DNA of 59,294 bases, filler included. It is 8 parts of 8 records of this genome, joined end to end, with 100 filler letters (N's around TTAATTAATTAA, not from the genome) between each part and the next. Parts side by side here need not be neighbours in the genome. Positions count along the whole stretch, not along the records: positions 7,910 to 15,999 come from SRR31147125_153823; positions 16,100 to 22,904 come from SRR31147125_154069; 6 more parts are not named here. One strand, written 5' to 3'. A model generated the notes under the pieces. That model did no database searches. It was not told the DNA's origin and worked only from the letters and a program-made list of their open reading frames with translations. The translations under genes were made by a program, and so were the position numbers. Of this stretch, positions 9,115-20,968 are shown piece after piece (the stretch's first letter is position 1; each line of letters begins with the position of its first letter).

Positions 9115-9513
9115 ATGGCAATGAGTGATCCCATCGCGGACATGCTTACTAGAATCAGAAATGGTGGAAAAGCTGAATTCGCAAAAGTGGATATCCCCGG
9201 GTCGAAATTGAAAGTGGAAATGGCGCGGGTGCTGAAAGAGCAGGGATATATTAAAAATTATAAATTCCTTGAGGACAATAAGCAGGGGCTTTTGCGCGTA
9301 TATCTAAAATATATGCCGGATAGACGCCCTGTCATTTATGGACTTGAACGCGTGAGTAAACCCAGCAGAAGGGTGTATAAAAAGTCCAAAGAGATCAAGC
9401 CGGTTATGAACGGTCTAGGCATATCGATTTTATCCACTTCAAGAGGGTTGATGACGGATAAACAGGCACGAAACGAGAATGTGGGCGGTGAAGTCCTCTG
9501 TAATATCTGGTAA
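9115..9513 (+). CDS. rpsH: 30S ribosomal protein S8
   Basis: DPIADMLTRIRN, SKPSRRVY, GGEVLC. Confidence 0.98.
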   Translation: MAMSDPIADMLTRIRNGGKAEFAKVDIPGSKLKVEMARVLKEQGYIKNYKFLEDNKQGLLRVYLKYMPDRRPVIYGLERVSKPSRRVYKKSKEIKPVMNGLGISILSTSRGLMTDKQARNENVGGEVLCNIW

Positions 9514-9523
9514 GGAGTGGGTA

Positions 9524-10066
9524 ATGTCACGAATTGGAAAAAAACCGATCCAGATTCCCGAGAAAGTCGAAGTTTCTCTTAAAGACGACGCAGTCACAGT
9601 AAAGGGTCCCCAAGGCACGCTCTCAAGAAATCTGAATCCTGAAGTCATCATTAAAATTGAAGATAATGTGTTGACAGTGGCGCCGACCAATGCAAAAGAC
9701 CGTTCCATTGTTGCAAAACAAGGACTCTATCGAGCGCTTCTTAATAATATGGTCGTGGGCGTTACTTCAGGATATCAAAAAACACTTCTTTTGAGTGGAA
9801 TCGGATATAGAGCGGAAGTGAGTGGAAACACCGTTGTATTGAATGTCGGCTACTCCAATCCGGTCAACTTTGAGTTGCCGGATACCGTAAAAGCGAAAGT
9901 CGATAAAAACACTCAAATCACCTTGACTTCCATCGATAAAGAGATTCTAGGTGAGACTGCAGCAAAAATCAGACAAGTAAGGCCCCCTGAGCCGTATAAA
10001 GGCAAAGGCATCATGTATTCCGATGAGAGAATCATCAAGAAAGCGGGTAAAGCTGCAGCAAAATAA
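9524..10066 (+). CDS. rplF: 50S ribosomal protein L6
   Basis: MSRIGKKPI, PPEPYKGKGI; AAGGAG RBS. Confidence 0.98.
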   Translation: MSRIGKKPIQIPEKVEVSLKDDAVTVKGPQGTLSRNLNPEVIIKIEDNVLTVAPTNAKDRSIVAKQGLYRALLNNMVVGVTSGYQKTLLLSGIGYRAEVSGNTVVLNVGYSNPVNFELPDTVKAKVDKNTQITLTSIDKEILGETAAKIRQVRPPEPYKGKGIMYSDERIIKKAGKAAAK

Positions 10067-10088
10067 TCTGAACCGGGAATAAAACGAT

Positions 10089-10457
10089 ATGGCGAATAGA
10101 TCGACGAGATATATCTCAAGACTAAAAAGAAAAAAACGAATTCGAAAAAATATGATGGGCACATCGGAGCGTCCCCGCATGAGTGTTTTTAGAAGTGCGA
10201 CGCATATCTATGCCCAGATCATTGATGATGTTGAGGGGAAAACCTTGGTATCTGCGTCTACCCTGGAGAGCGAATTTGCATCAACAGGTAAAGCAGGCGG
10301 TAATCGAGAAGCAGCCGAAACGATTGGTAAAACGATTGCTAAAAAGGCGCTTGATCAGGGGATTACCAAAGTGGTTTTCGACCGCAACGGGTTCCTCTAC
10401 CATGGACGCGTAAAAGCATTGTCTGATGGAGCCCGTGAAGCCGGGCTGCAATTCTAA
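10089..10457 (+). CDS. rplR: 50S ribosomal protein L18
   Basis: [24 protein letters not shown]. Confidence 0.98.
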   Translation: MANRSTRYISRLKRKKRIRKNMMGTSERPRMSVFRSATHIYAQIIDDVEGKTLVSASTLESEFASTGKAGGNREAAETIGKTIAKKALDQGITKVVFDRNGFLYHGRVKALSDGAREAGLQF

Positions 10458-10474
10458 GTGAAGGAGGGACTCCC

Positions 10475-10969
10475 TTGGTTAACAAACAAGCAGAAGATAA
10501 TCAGTTAATTGATAAGGTTGTCAGAATCAACAGGGTTGCAAAGGTTGTAAAAGGCGGGAGAAATTTCAGCTTTAGCGCTCTTTGTGTGGTCGGCGACGGC
10601 GAAGGCTCTGTTGGATTCGGGTTGGGTAAAGCCGGTGAGGTACCGGAGGCCATTCGAAAAGGGGTGGAAAAAGCTAAAAACAGCATGAGAAAAGTCGCCA
10701 TTGTTGATGGGACTGTTCCCTTTGAAATCGTTGGACGCTTTGGTTCCGGTCGTGTACTTTTAAAGCCGGCTTCCCCGGGTACCGGAGTTATTGCCGGTGG
10801 GGCGGTTCGTGCCGTTTTGGAAGCTGCCGGCGTCACCGATATTTTGACAAAATGCATTGGAACCAACAATACGCACAATGTTGTTCGTGCCACCATGGCA
10901 GGCTTGCAGTCACTTGAAACGAAGGAAACTGTTGCCAAGCGACGCGGTCTCAGACCGGAAGATTTATAG
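10475..10969 (+). CDS. rpsE: 30S ribosomal protein S5
   Basis: [20 protein letters not shown]. Confidence 0.98.
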   Translation: MVNKQAEDNQLIDKVVRINRVAKVVKGGRNFSFSALCVVGDGEGSVGFGLGKAGEVPEAIRKGVEKAKNSMRKVAIVDGTVPFEIVGRFGSGRVLLKPASPGTGVIAGGAVRAVLEAAGVTDILTKCIGTNNTHNVVRATMAGLQSLETKETVAKRRGLRPEDL

Positions 10970-10982
10970 TGGAGGGTGAGAC

Positions 10983-11165
10983 ATGGCTGAAAAAGTGAGA
11001 ATCACACAAATCAGAAGTCTGATCGGACGACCTGCAAAACATCGTAGAATCGTTCGAGCATTGGGTCTGAGAAAAATGCACATGACTGTCGAGCATCAGA
11101 AAAATCCCGCAATCATGGGAATGGTCAAGAAAGTTCCCCATCTTGTCAAGGCGGAGGAGGTATAA
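10983..11165 (+). CDS. rpmD: 50S ribosomal protein L30
   Basis: [10 protein letters not shown]...LGLRK...[10 protein letters not shown]. Confidence 0.97.
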   Translation: MAEKVRITQIRSLIGRPAKHRRIVRALGLRKMHMTVEHQKNPAIMGMVKKVPHLVKAEEV

Positions 11166-11166
11166 C

Positions 11167-11600
11167 ATGAAATTGCATGAGCTGGCCCCTTCCGAGGGCA
11201 GTAGAAAAAAACGAAAACGGGTGGGGCGTGGCCCCGGATCCGGTATGGGAAAGACCTCTACTCGGGGGCATAAAGGCCACAATGCCAGATCCGGAGGCGG
11301 TGTGCGTCCCGGGTTTGAGGGGGGCAGATGCCTTTGCACCGTCGCCTTCCTAAACGAGGGTTTACCAATATTCATAAACGACAGATTGCGGTGATAAATG
11401 TTGCAGACCTTGATCGTTTCGAGTCCGGACTTGCCATTGATGAGGCTGTATTGAGAGAATCCGGTCTTGTTAAAGGGCGATTCGATCAAGTGAAGATCCT
11501 CGGAAACGGAGAGCTTGAAAAGACATTCACAGTAAAAGAGTGCCTTGTCAGTAAAACCGCCCTGAAGAAAATTGAGGCTGCTGGCGGTAAGGTCGAATAG
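11167..11600 (+). CDS. rplO: 50S ribosomal protein L15 (apparent frameshift in G-run 11319-11324)
   Basis: [13 protein letters not shown]...GFEGG then [13 protein letters not shown] in the next frame. Confidence 0.95.
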
Positions 11601-11623
11601 TAAATAACCTTGAGGTTTTATAA

Positions 11624-12938
11624 ATGATTCAGAGCGGATACCAGAATATATTTAAACTACCGGATCTTAAAAGAAAGCTGCTGATCACCCTTGCTTTGTT
11701 GTTTGTCTATCGGGTGGGAGTTCATGTCCCTACGCCGGGAATCGATGCGGCTGCGCTGGCATCTTTTTTTGACAACGCAAAGGGGACTCTGTTTGCTATG
11801 TTTAACATGTTTTCAGGTGGCGCCCTGGATCGCCTTTCCGTTTTTGCCCTTGGAATCATGCCATACATCAGTGCATCCATTATATTGCAATTGATGACGG
11901 TTGTTGTGCCTCATCTGGAGCAGCTTTCTAAAGAGGGAGAGCATGGTCGAAAAAAATTACACAATATACCCGTTACGGAACGGTGCTGTTAAGTGTTGTT
12001 CAAGGGTTCGGCATTAGTGTCGGCCTGGAATCCATGACCTCTCCGGCAGGCGCCCCCATTGTAATGGATCCCGGTTGGGCATTTCGGATTATCACCGTCA
12101 TCACCCTGACCGCCGGAACCGCTTTTATTATGTGGTTGGGGGAGCAGATTACGGAGCGAGGCATCGGTAATGGGATCTCATTGATCATTTTTGCCGGAAT
12201 TGTGGCCAGGATGCCCATGGCCATCGGAAATACATTACGATTGTTGTCTACGGGAGAAATGGGACTCTTTACAATCATCATTCTGGTTGTATTGATGGTT
12301 GCCGTAGTTGCCTGTATCATCTTTATGGAACAGTCACAGCGGCGAATTCCGGTTCAATATGCCAAACGGGTTGTCGGTAGGAAGATGTATGGGGGACAGA
12401 GCTCTCATTTGCCGTTGAAAATTAATACTGCCGGTGTTATTCCCCCGATCTTTGCGTCATCCATTATTATGTTTCCTGCAACGCTTGCCAACTTCATTGA
12501 TCTTCCCATTATGCAAAGTGTGGCGGCGGCGATGAGCCCCGGAAGCATTATCTATAATTTGATCTATGTCGGTTTTATCATTTTCTTCTGCTTCTTTTAT
12601 ACGGCGGTCACCTTCAATCCTGATGATGTAGCCGATCGGATGAAAAAGAATGGGGGATACATTCCAGGTATCAGACCGGGAAAACGTACTTCAGAATATA
12701 TTGATAGGGTTTTGACCAGGATCACTTTGGGGGGGCTGTGTACGTTTCCTTAGTGTGCGTACTTCCAACGATATTGATGTCAAAGTTCAATGTTCCGTTC
12801 TATTTTGGTGGAACGGCGTTGTTGATTGTCGTTGGGGTTTCAATCGACACGGTATCCCAGATCGAAACTCACATGATATCTCGAAATTATGAGGGGTTTC
12901 TAGGTAAAGGCGGCGGTGCAATGAGGGGAAGACGATAA
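11624..12938 (+). CDS. secY: Preprotein translocase SecY (apparent frameshifts at A-run 11950-11956 and G-run 12729-12735)
   Basis: [35 protein letters not shown] and [12 protein letters not shown] spread over three consecutive ORFs. Confidence 0.96.
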
Positions 12939-12962
12939 TCATTAAAGGGAGTGATGTGATTT

Positions 12963-13181
12963 ATGGCAAAGGAAGAACCTATTAAAGTGGAAGGGACGGT
13001 ACTTGAGACCTTGCCCAATGCAATGTTCAAAGTCGAACTTGAGAACAAGCATCAGCTTCTAGCCCATATCTCCGGCAAGATGCGAATGCATTTCATCAAA
13101 ATTCTTCCGGGTGATAAAGTCACTGTTGAATTGTCACCTTATGATTTGACCCGGGGTAGAATTACATATCGATATAAATAA
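12963..13181 (+). CDS. infA: Translation initiation factor IF-1
   Basis: [22 protein letters not shown]. Confidence 0.98.
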   Translation: MAKEEPIKVEGTVLETLPNAMFKVELENKHQLLAHISGKMRMHFIKILPGDKVTVELSPYDLTRGRITYRYK

Positions 13182-13446
13182 GGTTTGTATCGTTGCAAAT
13201 GTGGAATCTTAATCTACAAAACGGACTCAATCCTTAAATTAAAATATGTATCCATTCACGATTTGTTCAGAATGAGATAAATTAAATAAAATTTAGGTAG
13301 CAAAGTAAATACATCCGAATTTATAACATTCTCATAGAATTTAATGTTGATTGATTTAGTATTTGATTCAACAATGATCGAACGAATGAGAGATCGTTTG
13401 TAATAAGACAATCGATGATGCCGCTACCTTATGGAGTATATACAAA

Positions 13447-13560
13447 ATGAAAGTCAGAGCTTCTGTCAAAAAAATATGCAAAGATTGCAAAATTATCCGT
13501 CGATCGGGAGTTGTCAGGGTGATCTGTATTAATAAACGCCATAACCAGAGACAAGGATAG
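13447..13560 (+). CDS. rpmJ: 50S ribosomal protein L36 (not in ORF track)
   Basis: [37 protein letters not shown]. Confidence 0.97.
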   Translation: MKVRASVKKICKDCKIIRRSGVVRVICINKRHNQRQG

Positions 13561-13572
13561 GGGGAATAGAGC

Positions 13573-13941
13573 GTGGCAAGAATTGCAGGCGTAGACTTAC
13601 CAAAAAATAAGCATGTCGAGATCGCATTGACCTATATTTACGGTATAGGACGGAGTCGATCCAAAGATATCCTGAATCAACTCGGCCTTGAGCCTACCAT
13701 GAAAGCGGATGATCTGACCGAAGAACAGGTCAATGATATCAGAAAAGTCATCGATGCCAATTACAAAGTGGAAGGGGAACTTCGAACTGAAACTTCCATG
13801 AACATCAAGCGCCTTATGGATCTGGGATGCTATCGCGGTCTTCGTCATAGAAAATCTCTTCCGTGTCATGGTCAACGGACCAGTACCAATGCGAGGACCA
13901 GAAAAGGTCCCAAACGTGCTGCCGTTAAGAAGAAAAAATAA
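13573..13941 (+). CDS. rpsM: 30S ribosomal protein S13
   Basis: [30 protein letters not shown]. Confidence 0.98.
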   Translation: MARIAGVDLPKNKHVEIALTYIYGIGRSRSKDILNQLGLEPTMKADDLTEEQVNDIRKVIDANYKVEGELRTETSMNIKRLMDLGCYRGLRHRKSLPCHGQRTSTNARTRKGPKRAAVKKKK

Positions 13942-14065
13942 CAATTCCTCAGGAATAATCCCAATAATAAAATGCAGACTCATGGAAACTAATTATCTAT
14001 AACCATGTACTTGTTGCTGCAATACTTATTAAATCATTATCCTGACACAGGAGACATATAAATCG

Positions 14066-14461
14066 ATGGCAAAGAAATCAAAAAAGACAGTCACCAAGAA
14101 AAAAGTCAAAAAAAATATATCGACGGGTGTCGTTCATATTCAATCTACTTTTAACAATACGATCGTTACAATTACCGATGATACCGGAAATACCATTTCT
14201 TGGTCCAGCTCCGGAATCCAAGGATTTAAAGGCTCCAGAAAAAGCACTCCGTTTGCTTCCAAACTCGCTGCGGAGGATGCCGGAACTAAAGCCATGGAGC
14301 ATGGATTAAAGACGGTTAGTGTGTACGTGAAAGGCCCGGGTGCCGGACGTGAGTCTGCACTAAGAGCCCTTCATGCGTTAGGTTTGAATATTACGATGAT
14401 CAAAGATGTCACTCCGGTTCCCCATAATGGTTGTCGTCCGCCCAAAAGAAGAAGAGTTTAA
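14066..14461 (+). CDS. rpsK: 30S ribosomal protein S11
   Basis: [31 protein letters not shown]. Confidence 0.98.
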   Translation: MAKKSKKTVTKKKVKKNISTGVVHIQSTFNNTIVTITDDTGNTISWSSSGIQGFKGSRKSTPFASKLAAEDAGTKAMEHGLKTVSVYVKGPGAGRESALRALHALGLNITMIKDVTPVPHNGCRPPKRRRV

Positions 14462-14510
14462 ATACAAACAGTTAATTTATCCGTTGATATTGAAAATTTA
14501 GGAGGAAGCG

Positions 14511-15137
14511 TTGTCACGTTATAGAGGATCTGTCTGTCGTCAGTGCAGACGTGAAAATATGAAACTTTTTTTGAAGGGCGACCGTTGTTACTCTGACAAA
14601 TGTAGCTTTGACCGTAGATCTTATCCCCCCGGACAACATGGCCAGCGACGTGGGAAAAGCTCAGACTATGGTATTCAGCTTCGTGAAAAACAGAAAGTGA
14701 GACGTATTTACGGCATTTCAGAGAAACAGTTTAGGGTTACGTTTAAAACTGCTGATCGGAGAAAAGGGATTACCGGTACCAACTTGCTCTCTTTATTGGA
14801 AACTCGATTGGACAATGTTGTCTACAGACTCGGGTTTACCAGCTCAAGAACTCAAGGACGACATTTTGTTCGGCACAACCACTTTCTTATAAATGGGAAA
14901 AAGGTAAATATTCCTTCATACGTTGTCAAAAATGGTGATGTGATTGAGCTGAAAGAGAAAAGCAAAAATGTAAAAGCCATTACAGAATCCCTTGAAACCG
15001 TTGTACGGCGCGGGGTTCCCCAATGGCTTGAGCTAGATAAAGATGGGTTTAAAGGTGTGGTCAAGGCAATGCCTAACCGTGAAGATATAACCCTACCCAT
15101 ACAGGAACAGCTGATAGTAGAGCTCTATTCCAAATAA
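14511..15137 (+). CDS. rpsD: 30S ribosomal protein S4 (zinc-finger type)
   Basis: CRQCRRE...[21 protein letters not shown]. Confidence 0.98.
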   Translation: MSRYRGSVCRQCRRENMKLFLKGDRCYSDKCSFDRRSYPPGQHGQRRGKSSDYGIQLREKQKVRRIYGISEKQFRVTFKTADRRKGITGTNLLSLLETRLDNVVYRLGFTSSRTQGRHFVRHNHFLINGKKVNIPSYVVKNGDVIELKEKSKNVKAITESLETVVRRGVPQWLELDKDGFKGVVKAMPNREDITLPIQEQLIVELYSK

Positions 15138-15285
15138 GTGAAAAGAGCAAAAGTTTGTCCATAAAGGGGTTTATCTGTATGTATTATCTTTTGTATTCAT
15201 TTTCACCATTTGCTAAATGTCGACTTAAGTGTGAGAATGATTAAAAGAGAAGATAAATCCCTAAGATTATATCAGGAGATAAACA

Positions 15286-15999
15286 ATGTCATCAGATGAG
15301 CTTGTATATATAAACTGGCACGGCATGATCAAGCCGGAAAAAGTCATCGTTACGACGACCTCAACATATGGAAAATTTGTGTGCGAACCTTTGGAAAGAG
15401 GGTTTGGGATTACCATTGGTAACTCATTGCGCCGAATTATTCTATCCTCTCTCTATGGCGCAGCCATCGTATCGGTGAAATTTGAAGAAGCCTTACATGA
15501 GTATAGTGTCATTCCTGAAGTGAGGGAAGATGTTTCCGAATTGATCATGAATCTGAAAGCGGTTCGACTGAAAGTTGATGATCTAGAAGATCGAACCTTG
15601 GAAGTCCGCGTCACCAAAGAAGGGGATGTTACGGCTGCCGATCTTGAGGGAAGTAATTCTCATGTTAAAATTCTAAATCCCGATCAGCATATTGCCACAC
15701 TGTCAAAAGGTGCAGAGCTTAAAATGACCCTTCAGATAAAGAGTGGAAAAGGGTATGCATTGGCTTCGGCAAATAAGAATCCGGAAGCACCGGTTGGGAC
15801 CATTCCCATTGATAGTGTCTTTTCACCGATTAAACGGGTGAAATATGTGGTTGGAACATCAAGGATCGGGCAGAAAACCGATTACGATAAGTTGACCTTG
15901 GAAGTCTGGACAGATGGCAGTGTTTCTCCGGAGGATTCAGTCGCCTATGCTGCTAAAATATTGAAAGAGCAGATGAATCCTTTTATCAATTTTGATGAA
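15286..15999 (+). CDS. rpoA: RNA polymerase alpha subunit (3' truncated)
   Basis: EPLERGFGITIGNSLRRIILSS, DYDKLTLEVWTDG. Confidence 0.97.
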
Positions 16000-16099
16000 N
16001 NNNNNNNNNNNNNNNNNNNNNNNNNNNNNNNNNNNNNNNNNNNTTAATTAATTAANNNNNNNNNNNNNNNNNNNNNNNNNNNNNNNNNNNNNNNNNNNN

Positions 16100-18580
16100 A
16101 AAAAGACCGCCATAGAGATCCTCACGGCACAATGGCTGACGGACATACGGTCCCAGCAGACCCGGAATATTGTCACAAAAGGAATGGCCCAGTACAAGCG
16201 ATTTCTGGCCACCGGCGACAAAACAGCCGAATATCACAGGTATGTATCCATCATTGACGACTTTATCCGGATCAATGCCTATCATGACTATTTTATCATT
16301 GATCCCAAAGGCCGCATCGTCCATACCCAGGCCGGGGAATCCGATTTCAATACCAATATCCTGACCGGCAGATACAAAGACTCAGGCCTCGCACGGGCCG
16401 TCAATGCCGCCATAAAAACCCGGAAACCGGCCATGGTGGACTTTTCACCCTACGGACCCAGCAAAGGCAGGCCAGCCGCCTTTATCGCCGCTCCCATCCA
16501 CCCCCCGGGATCCGATTCCGAGATGATTGGTGTGGTGGCCCTGCAGGTTTCCCTGGAAAAAATCCTCAGGATCGTCCAGGACCGGACCGGGCTGGGCCGC
16601 ACCGGAGAATCCTTCCTTGTGGCCGGCCACGGGGACAGGATATCATTCCGCTCCACTCTATCCACCATGGGCCAGGGCCGGTTCACCGTGGGGTATGATT
16701 GGACAGACCAGGCCCCGGGGTTCATCCGGGAGGGTCTGGCCGGCCAGTCCGGCACAGGGGTGTTTACGGACGATTCAGGCAGACTGATCATGGCCGCCTA
16801 TGCCCCCCTCAATATCAACGGCCTGAACTGGGCCATTGTCACCAAGGCCGATATCCATGAAATTACCGTGCCCAGGGCCCAGGTGGGGGAAAGGGATTAT
16901 TACGACCATTATACTGAAGCATACGGATACGCAGACCTCTATCTGATTCATCCCAGAGGGGATATCTTTTATTCCGTCAACAAGCAGTCGGACTTTGGGA
17001 CCAATATTCTCACCGGCCCCCATGGGGATTCCGGACTGGGGCAGCTGGTCCAGAAGGTAATACATACACAGGATTTCGGCGTGTCGGACACCGCCCCCTA
17101 CGGGCCGGATCAGAACAAGCCCTGCACATTTATCGCCCAGCCGGTGATCCGCCAGGGAAAGGTTGATCTGGTGGTTGCCCTGAAACTCTCCCTGGATGCC
17201 ATTGATGAAATCATGCAGGAAAGGGACGGGATGGGGGAAACCGGGGAAACCTATCTGGTGGGATCTGACAGGCTCATGAGATCCGACAGCTTCCTTGATC
17301 CCGTCCACCGCAGTGTCCAGGCCTCCTTTGACAATCCAGACACCGGCCGGGTGGATACCCGGTCCGTTCACCTGGCCCTGTCCGGAAAAAGCGGAGAACA
17401 GATCATCCGGGATTATAAAGGCCAGTCCGTGCTTTCGGCATATACCCCGGTCAAGATCGGTGATATCAGCTGGGCCCTGATGGCAGAAATCAATGAGGCC
17501 GAGGCCTTTGCCGCGGTCCGGTCAATCAAATGGCTCCTCCTCATATTTTCTTTGGTCACTATGGCTGGGGTAACCGGTGTGGCCTTCCTCATCACCCGGT
17601 CCATCGCCGGCCCCATCAATGCCATTACCCGGGGTATGGGAGAAGGGGCAGATGAGGTGGCTTCCGCATCCAGGCAGGTGGCAGGGACCAGTCAGACCAT
17701 GGCCCAAGGGGCGGCCCACCAGGCATCTGCCATTGAGGAGACCTCGGCCTCCATGGAAGAGATGGCTGCCATGACGGAGAATAACGCACAAAACGCCGGC
17801 CAGGCAGACCTGCTCATGAAAGAAGCCGCCCAGGTGGTGGATGGGGCCAACCAGTCCATGGCCATGCTGATCCGGTCCATGGAAGATATCTCCAGATCCG
17901 GCCAGGAAACCTCCCGGATCATCAAAACCATAGATGAAATCGCCTTTCAGACCAATTTGCTGGCCCTGAATGCAGCGGTGGAGGCAGCCCGGGCCGGAGA
18001 GGCCGGAACCGGATTTGCCGTGGTGGCCGAAGAGGTCAGAAACCTGGCCCTGAAAACGGCCCAGGCCTCAAAAGAAACCGGAGAACTGATCCAGGACTCA
18101 GTGGGAAAAATGAATGAAGGTTCGGACCTGGTTTCGGGCACCAGCCAGGCCTTTGACCAGGTGGCCCAGGCCACGTCCAAAGTGAGTGAGCTGGTGGCTG
18201 AAATTTCAGAGGCAAGCCGGGAACAGTCCCAGGGCATCGGCCAGGTCAACGCAGCTGTTTCTGAAATGGACAAAATCGTCCAGCAGAATGCAGCCCATGC
18301 AGAAGAGGCGGCAGCAGCCTCAGAGGAGATGAATTCCCAGGCAGAACTGCTCAGGCAACACGCCGGCAAGCTTGCCGGTCTGGTCTCCGGCCGCAACGCC
18401 GGGGCAATGGCTCTGCCGGACACGGTCTCCTCCCCTTCCGGCCCGGACCAACGGGCCAGGGGAACTTCCCCATACCCTCCCCGGCCAAAAGAAGAGGGGC
18501 CCGGATTGCTGATCCCCTGCTCCCCATTCCGCCTGGGTGTCCTTTGGCACCCAGGCCCTCCCCCTCCGGGCAGACCCTAA
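16100..18580 (+). CDS. Methyl-accepting chemotaxis protein with tandem dCache-like periplasmic repeats (5' truncated)
   Basis: [23 protein letters not shown] signature, TM segment, and duplicated ..DF.TNILTG...DSGL...G.G.TGE..LV unit. Confidence 0.92.
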   Translation, partial: KKTAIEILTAQWLTDIRSQQTRNIVTKGMAQYKRFLATGDKTAEYHRYVSIIDDFIRINAYHDYFIIDPKGRIVHTQAGESDFNTNILTGRYKDSGLARAVNAAIKTRKPAMVDFSPYGPSKGRPAAFIAAPIHPPGSDSEMIGVVALQVSLEKILRIVQDRTGLGRTGESFLVAGHGDRISFRSTLSTMGQGRFTVGYDWTDQAPGFIREGLAGQSGTGVFTDDSGRLIMAAYAPLNINGLNWAIVTKADIHEITVPRAQVGERDYYDHYTEAYGYADLYLIHPRGDIFYSVNKQSDFGTNILTGPHGDSGLGQLVQKVIHTQDFGVSDTAPYGPDQNKPCTFIAQPVIRQGKVDLVVALKLSLDAIDEIMQERDGMGETGETYLVGSDRLMRSDSFLDPVHRSVQASFDNPDTGRVDTRSVHLALSGKSGEQIIRDYKGQSVLSAYTPVKIGDISWALMAEINEAEAFAAVRSIKWLLLIFSLVTMAGVTGVAFLITRSIAGPINAITRGMGEGADEVASASRQVAGTSQTMAQGAAHQASAIEETSASMEEMAAMTENNAQNAGQADLLMKEAAQVVDGANQSMAMLIRSMEDISRSGQETSRIIKTIDEIAFQTNLLALNAAVEAARAGEAGTGFAVVAEEVRNLALKTAQASKETGELIQDSVGKMNEGSDLVSGTSQAFDQVAQATSKVSELVAEISEASREQSQGIGQVNAAVSEMDKIVQQNAAHAEEAAAASEEMNSQAELLRQHAGKLAGLVSGRNAGAMALPDTVSSPSGPDQRARGTSPYPPRPKEEGPGLLIPCSPFRLGVLWHPGPPPPGRP

Positions 18581-18595
18581 CAGGACTTTTTCCCT

Positions 18596-20932
18596 ATGAC
18601 AGATTTGCACCCTTCATTTGAGACCCTATTCAGGAAAAAGGAAATCCAGGAAATCCAGGAAATCCAGGATGCCTTTGCCCATGCCACCGGTGTCGCAGCC
18701 ATCATCACCGATCCCATGGGAACCCCCATTACCCGGCCCAGCAATTTCACAAGGCTGTGCCGGGACCTGATCCGTAACACAAAAGCGGGACGTGCCAAAT
18801 GCACAATCTCCGATGCCGCCCCAGGAAACGGCAGCCCGGACAGGCCAGAGATCCGGCCCTGCCTGAGCTGCGGGCTCACGGACGCAGGTGTCCGTATCCA
18901 TGTGGCAGGCCGCCATATCGGCAACTGGCTCATTGGGCAGGTCCGGACCGAAAACACCGATCCCGCAGAGATCCGGGCCTATGCAGACCGGCTGGGCATC
19001 GACAGAGAGGCCTTTGAATCCGCATTTAAAAAGGTCCCCAAAATGTCCATGGCCCGGTTTACCCAAATTGCCAATGCCCTCCATCTCATGGCCAACCATC
19101 TTTGCGGCAGTGCCTATCAGCGCCTGGAGCTTAAATTCATGGTCAAAGAAAAGGATAGGGCCGAACAGGAGTTGAAAAAACAGAATGCATACATGGCCGC
19201 GCTCCACGAGACCGCCCTGGGGATGTTCAGCCGCAGAAAACTTGCCACCCTCCTTGGTGCCATCATCCGCCGGGCCGTCAACCTGGCCGGTATGTCTGAC
19301 GGCTTCATCCTCATTTACACCCCTGAAGAAAATCAATTGACGGTCCAGGCCGCCTGCGGAAAATATACTGACCGCATCGGGGTAAAAATGTCCCCGGGAG
19401 AAGGGGTGACAGGCCGGGTATGGGAAACCGGAGAGCCCGTCATCATCAATGATTACCCCAATTGGACCGGCAGGGTCTCAAAAGAAAAAGCCGGCTTTAT
19501 CGCCTCAATCATCGGGGTCCCCATGACCTCAGGCTCACGGATCGAAGGGGCCATGGGGCTGAGCCACCATGAAAAGGGAAAAACCATCCAGGCGGAAACC
19601 CTCCCCATTCTGGAGCAGTTTGCCAAGCTGGCCACCATTGCCATTGATAATGCCAAGCTCTTTGAAAGCCTGAAAAAGGAGCTGGACCAGCGGATCCAGC
19701 TTGAAAAGGAACAAAAAAAAATGGAGGCCCGGCTGAGACAGTCCCATAAAATGGAGGCCATGGGCACCCTGGCCGGGGGAATCGCCCATGATTTCAACAA
19801 TATATTATCCCCCATCATCGGATACGCGGAGATGATCAAAACAGATCTGGGCCGTGAGGGCCAGGCGATAGAGCAATTGGACCATATTCTGACTGCGGCC
19901 TTTCGGGCCAGGGATCTGGTCCGGCAGATCCTGACCTTCAGCCGGCAGTCGGAACAGGAGCGTATCCCCTTGCAGATCCGGCTCATCCTCAAGGAGGCGT
20001 TGGAACTGGCAAGGGCCACCCTGCCCGCCACCATCCAGATACGGGCGGATCTTCCCAGGGGCTGCGGGTTGGTCATGGCCGATCCCACCCAGATTCACCA
20101 GGTCGCCATGAACCTGATGACCAATGCCATGCATGCCATGGAAATGGAAGGCGGGATGCTCACGGTCCGCCTTTATGAGCAAGCGGTATCACCCGGCCGG
20201 GAACCTGTGCACGGCATGGCCCCGGGCGTCTATGTCTGCCTGGAGGTCAGCGACACCGGCTCCGGTATGGACGGTCCGACCCTGAAACGGATTTTCGAAC
20301 CCTATTTCACCGATAAGCCCAAGGGCAAAGGCACCGGCCTCGGCCTGGCCGTGGTCCACGGCATCGTAAAAAATATCGGAGGAGAGATCCAGGTGAGGTC
20401 CCAACCCGGAAAAGGCAGTTCCTTTTTTATCTTTCTGCCCAAACTTTCCAATGAAAAAGACCCGTATCCGGAGAACCCCGTAAAAGAAGAGATCCTTCCG
20501 GGAAAAGAACGGATTCTCCTGGTGGATGATGAGCCCATGGTATTAAAAATGCTGGAACAGATGCTGGTCCGGAAGGGGTATGGGGTTACCAGCGAGAGCA
20601 GCAGCACCCGGGCCCGGGCCCTGTTTGAAAATGATCCCTTGGCATTCGACTTGTTGATCGCAGATTATACCATGCCGGACCTGACCGGGGACAAACTCAT
20701 CCTGGAGCTCAAACAGATCCGGCCGGACCTCCCTGTGATCCTCTGCACAGGGTTCAGTGAAAAAATGGTTAACGGCATGACCATGGCGGTCAAACCCGAC
20801 AGGATATTCATGAAACCGGTAACCGGTCAGGAATTTCTCACGGCGGTGCGCTCTGTTCTGACCCCGGTGGGGACAAAAATCGGGTGGATAAAGGCCTGGA
20901 CCTGGTCTATATTAAAACCGGCTCAATCATGA
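18596..20932 (+). CDS. Hybrid histidine kinase: PocR - GAF - HisKA - HATPase - receiver
   Basis: IQDAFAHATGVAAIITD/CLSCGL (PocR), GIAHDFNN, GTGLGL, LLVDDE. Confidence 0.92.
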   Translation: MTDLHPSFETLFRKKEIQEIQEIQDAFAHATGVAAIITDPMGTPITRPSNFTRLCRDLIRNTKAGRAKCTISDAAPGNGSPDRPEIRPCLSCGLTDAGVRIHVAGRHIGNWLIGQVRTENTDPAEIRAYADRLGIDREAFESAFKKVPKMSMARFTQIANALHLMANHLCGSAYQRLELKFMVKEKDRAEQELKKQNAYMAALHETALGMFSRRKLATLLGAIIRRAVNLAGMSDGFILIYTPEENQLTVQAACGKYTDRIGVKMSPGEGVTGRVWETGEPVIINDYPNWTGRVSKEKAGFIASIIGVPMTSGSRIEGAMGLSHHEKGKTIQAETLPILEQFAKLATIAIDNAKLFESLKKELDQRIQLEKEQKKMEARLRQSHKMEAMGTLAGGIAHDFNNILSPIIGYAEMIKTDLGREGQAIEQLDHILTAAFRARDLVRQILTFSRQSEQERIPLQIRLILKEALELARATLPATIQIRADLPRGCGLVMADPTQIHQVAMNLMTNAMHAMEMEGGMLTVRLYEQAVSPGREPVHGMAPGVYVCLEVSDTGSGMDGPTLKRIFEPYFTDKPKGKGTGLGLAVVHGIVKNIGGEIQVRSQPGKGSSFFIFLPKLSNEKDPYPENPVKEEILPGKERILLVDDEPMVLKMLEQMLVRKGYGVTSESSSTRARALFENDPLAFDLLIADYTMPDLTGDKLILELKQIRPDLPVILCTGFSEKMVNGMTMAVKPDRIFMKPVTGQEFLTAVRSVLTPVGTKIGWIKAWTWSILKPAQS

Positions 20933-20968
20933 AACGGCTCTGGCCCAACCCATACCAGGAGAGGAAAA

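Noticed and set aside
11167-12938. rplO and secY as pseudogenes or programmed frameshifts
   Set aside because: These are core genes, and each break is a one-base-short homopolymer like those on other contigs.
20884-20968. N-terminal extension of the decarboxylase overlapping the kinase gene
   Set aside because: Produced by the frameshift; the RBS-supported start is ATG 20969.
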